64,000 bases of DNA from Macrostomum lignano (Eukaryota): positions 1 to 64,000 of the forward strand of contig NIVC01002086.1 of the NCBI GenBank assembly GCA_002269645.1. Direction: 5' to 3'. The translations under genes and the position numbers were made by a program. Below are positions 60,491-64,000 of this stretch, one piece after another. A model generated the notes under the pieces. It worked only from the letters and a program-made list of their open reading frames with translations, was not told where the DNA came from and made no database searches. How positions within the stretch are numbered: the stretch's first letter is position 1; each line of letters starts with the position of its first letter.

Positions 60491-61133
60491 TGATTATGGT
60501 GAAATAGTTGCACGAAATTTACGTTACAATATGAGGAAATAAAATGACGAATGGAGAAAACGAAAATAAAAAATTTCGTTTTCTACATGTGCACTGTTAT
60601 TCATCCGTTACCGTGAGTTGCTGGGGATGCAGATTTCTTGGAAAATTGTTCCACTCTTTTTAAACAAATGCCAAATTTTAAACAAGAGTCTTTACTGTTT
60701 TTGTAATCTTATTTATTCTGAATGCATAAGAAAATATACTTGACACTGCATTGTGAAAACTTAGAAGCGCGTATATTTCAGCTTAATCTCACTGAATTAT
60801 GAAACTAACAAATAATACACCTGCAAAACCGGTGAACAGAAATCAGCATTCCAAAAGCTCAGTAGTACAGTGCGAGTTTTAGTTTAAAATAGAACATTTA
60901 AAGCCACAAAGTTTACATAAAACAATTTTCATAGAAATCGCACCTTTTCATTTTTAACCTATTGTCAACTTTGAGACGCTCAGTAACAAAATGGTGCTGT
61001 GGGCCTACTCAATACAATGAATGAAAACGTCAATACGGTAACACAGTCGACTGAAGATGATAACGTTTGACTGCTAGAAATGCGTACAGTGGTGACTTTA
61101 AAGGTCTCAGATAAACAAATCAACTTATTTATC

Positions 61134-61450
61134 ACTCCTCTGAAGTCCCTAAACTTAGATGTCACTCCTCTGAAGTCCCTAAACTTAGATGTCACTCCTC
61201 TGAGGTCCCTAAACCTAGATGTCACTCCTCTGAGGTCCCTAAACCTCCTCTGAAGTCCCTAAACATAGATTTCACTCCTCTGAGGTCCCTAAACCTAGAT
61301 GTCATGTCACTCCTCTGAGGTCCCTAAACCTAGATGTCACTCCTCTGAGGTCCTTAAACCTCCTCTGAGGTCCCTAAACCTAGATGTCACTCCTCTGAGG
61401 TCCTTAAACTTAGATGTCACTCTTCTGATGTCTCTAAACTTAGATCTTAG
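61134..61450. repeat. 30-bp minisatellite (CACTCCTCTGAGGTCCCTAAACCTAGATGT)
   Basis: Period of 30 seen directly. Confidence 0.9.
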
Positions 61451-61628
61451 AAACCTAGAGGAATGTCAGGGCTTTAATGTATCTAAATTCTATTTATCCC
61501 TCATGTCAAACTATAAAACCCAACATTTCACTATTTTATAAAACTACAAATTCAATAATTAAACTAGCCAGCAAAAACAAAGACTGTTAGCCGATAAATA
61601 AATCCTTATATATTTGCGTGAATCCAAG

Positions 61629-62702
61629 TCAAACAGGCCGCTGATAGTGAGCCAACACGTCAGCACTTAGAGGCTTGTACACCAGCCTATCCGCCACGCT
61701 AACAACGCTGCCAGGCTGAAGTCCCGCGAATATTTGCCTGGGAGATTTCTCCCATTGCTGATCCTCATGTTTAATTGAATCAGTGGATAAACTGTAGCCA
61801 TACTTTTGAGCCAATTCGTCTCTGCACCTGTCAATATCGGCCGGATTAGCCAGATAGCCGCGCGACTCGGCGCTGGAGTAATAGTCTATGGCCGAGACCG
61901 GCGGCAGCTTGCAGGCTGGCAGCGGTTGGCCCGTGGCAAAGAATGCTCTGGGATCGGATTTAGCGGCAATGCTGCTCAGATCGTAGAACCGGCAGACTAT
62001 GCGACCGCCGCTGCGTTCGATGGCAGCGATGGCCGCCTCCGAGGCGTGCTGAACCTCAAGGCGGGCGAACCTGGCCGTCAGGTTATCCAAGCCTGCGTCG
62101 TCAGTGAGCTGGTAGCCGTATTGGCGGTCTTTCAGCGGGAACAGTCGGGTGGCAGCAATGTCGGTGAGATCCACCTGAGGGCGGGGTCCAGTTGAACTGC
62201 CTATCAATATATTAATCCATCAATCGAGCAATCGATTTTAACTACTACGAGTAATCTACCTATCTATCTACCTACCTACCTATCTATCTATCTACCTACC
62301 TATCTATCTATCTATCTATCTGTCTATCTATCTACCTATCTATCTATCTATCTATATATCTGTCTATCTATCTATCTATCTGTCTATCTATCTATCTATC
62401 TCGCTTCGCTCGCTCTTTCTCGCTATCTACTAACTATTGCCAGGATCTGCACCGGAGCGGTTACGAAAATTAGATTTCTCGGTAGTTGCTCGCACTCTTT
62501 TGCACTACTTGAGTAGTCTGATTTTCGTTCGGCATGGCTGGTTCCAGCAGGTAGTTCCTCTGGATAAAAGCGCTTACCGCGCCCATTGGCTTTCCAGCTG
62601 CCTTAATCGTTTCCGGTGATCTTGTGTGCGTGCATTCAGCTTGATTGGCTGCGGCAAGCAAGCTCGAAAGAGCTCGCTTCGCTCGCTCTTTCTCGCTATC
62701 TA

Positions 62703-62745
<43 letters not shown>

Positions 62746-63270
62746 CCGATCTATCTATCTATCTATCTATCTATCTACCTATCTATCTATCTACCTATCT
62801 ACCGATCTATCTATCTATATATCTACCTATATATCTATCTATCCATCTATCTATCTACCTATCTATCTCTCTATGTATGTATGTATCTATCTATCTATTT
62901 ATCTATCTATCATCCATCAATCTAGCAACCCAGCACGCACCGGCTTGCTAGGATTAATCCGGCCCAGGTCAACCAGCCGCTGCAGGTCCAGCAGGCTGAT
63001 GCGGACTAGCTCCCGCCGGTGCAGCCAGTCGGCATTGTACGGCTCGCTCGGTATGGCCAGATAGAACGGCATCTTGCGCACGTGATTGCCAATAGGCAGG
63101 AAGCTCTGCCGCTCGCCCCAACGCTCGCCCCATTCTTCGCTGCCGCCAAATTGATACCGTTTAGTCCAGTGCCTCTCGCCCTGAGGATCAAAGCGTTCGG
63201 TAGCTCTGGGGCCGTACAGATCTATCCGGGGCATACGCCTGATGAGGCCCAGCTTGCTGCGTACTGACAT
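61629..63270 (-). CDS. MRPL15: Mitochondrial ribosomal protein uL15m, about 291 aa, 2 exons
   Basis: Exons 63270-62941 and 62174-61629 (phase 0, gtgcgt...cctcag). Motifs [60 protein letters not shown] and [14 protein letters not shown] match animal MRPL15. Confidence 0.92.
62255..62920. repeat. Two (TCTA)n microsatellites in the MRPL15 intron flanking a unique 240-bp segment
   Basis: Blocks at 62255-62400 and 62695-62920. Confidence 0.9.
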
Positions 63271-63379
63271 AATCACTTTTGCTGAATTCGCCCGGCTGAA
63301 ATCAGTGTGTTGTGAACTTATTTTTGTATTAGCAAAAGTATTACATGTACTTTTGTCTCTCTAGACTCATGCTGGGATA

Positions 63380-63860
63380 ATGTCACAGCTGTCTCTCTAG
63401 ACTCCCAGATGGCCACAGCTGTCTCTCTAGACTCTCAGATGGCCACAGCTGTCTCTCTAGACTCTCAGATGGCCACAGCTGTCTCTCTAGACTCTCAGAT
63501 GGCCACAGCTGTCTCTCTAGACTCTCAGATGGCCACAGCTGTCTCTCTAGACTCCCAGATGGTCACAGCTGTCTCTCTAGACTCCCAGATGGCCACAGCT
63601 GTCTCTCTAGACTCCCAGATGGCCACAGCTGTCTCTCTAGACTCTCAGATGGCCACAGCTGTCTCTCTAGACTCCCAGATGGCCACAGCTGTCTCTCTAG
63701 ACTCCCAGATGGCCACAGCTGTCTCTCTAGACTCTCAGATGGCCACAGCTGTCTCTCTAGACTCCCAGATGGCCACAGCTGTCTCTCTAGACTCCCAGAT
63801 GGTCACAGCTGTCTCTCTAGACTCCCAGATGGTCACAGCTGTCTCTCTAGATCTCTCTAG
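63380..63860. repeat. 30-bp minisatellite (ATGGCCACAGCTGTCTCTCTAGACTCYCAG), about 16 copies
   Basis: Period of 30; it produces the MATAVSLDSQ ORF. Confidence 0.95.
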
Positions 63861-64000
63861 ATTGCCACCATGAAATAAAACAAAACGATCGCATGTTTTT
63901 TTGACAAAAAAGTGAAAAGTTAAAAGTGAATAATTTTGTGCAGGTGGGCTACGTACGCAAAGTAGAATTCTCATAAAAATTAGAAATATATGGCCCAAAA

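Noticed and set aside
63409-63873. MATAVSLDSQ repeat ORF; likewise the repeat ORFs at 21839-22304, 55039-55302, 58331-58912 and 62616-63064
   Set aside because: Translations of mini- or microsatellites.

Overview
This is a eukaryotic (animal) genomic window, not a prokaryotic one. The dense minisatellites, GC-rich exons, tttcag/gtaag splice sites and gene content suggest a free-living flatworm such as Macrostomum; that assignment is an inference. I reconstructed five spliced or single-exon genes by hand with consistent intron phases: an SLC4A11-like transporter (+, 17 exons, 9123-22611), SMAD4 (+, 4 exons, 40806-49926), and three tandem minus-strand genes, MRPL15 (61629-63270), an ankyrin-repeat plus death-domain-like gene (57147-59495) and SDHAF1 (53828-54106). 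A secreted PAN + C-type-lectin gene (-, 27664-28870) has its coding exon split by a 473-bp MITE with a perfect 8-bp target-site duplication. There is also an unexplained, very acidic 205-aa ORF (31818-32435). The rest is transposon debris (LINE with EN/RT/RNase H, a deleted Gypsy element, solo LTRs, tRNA-SINEs, hAT/mariner MITEs with nested insertions), a 4.35-kb purine/pyrimidine tract and about 15 minisatellite arrays. Most long ORFs in the supplied track are repeat artefacts. The most interesting leads are the MITE-in-exon lectin, a candidate SL-trans-spliced operon (MRPL15 / ANK-DD / SDHAF1), the ANK-acidic-DD protein, a uL15m with a remodelled N-terminal signature, and a 759-bp orphan insertion carrying a 175-aa ORF.
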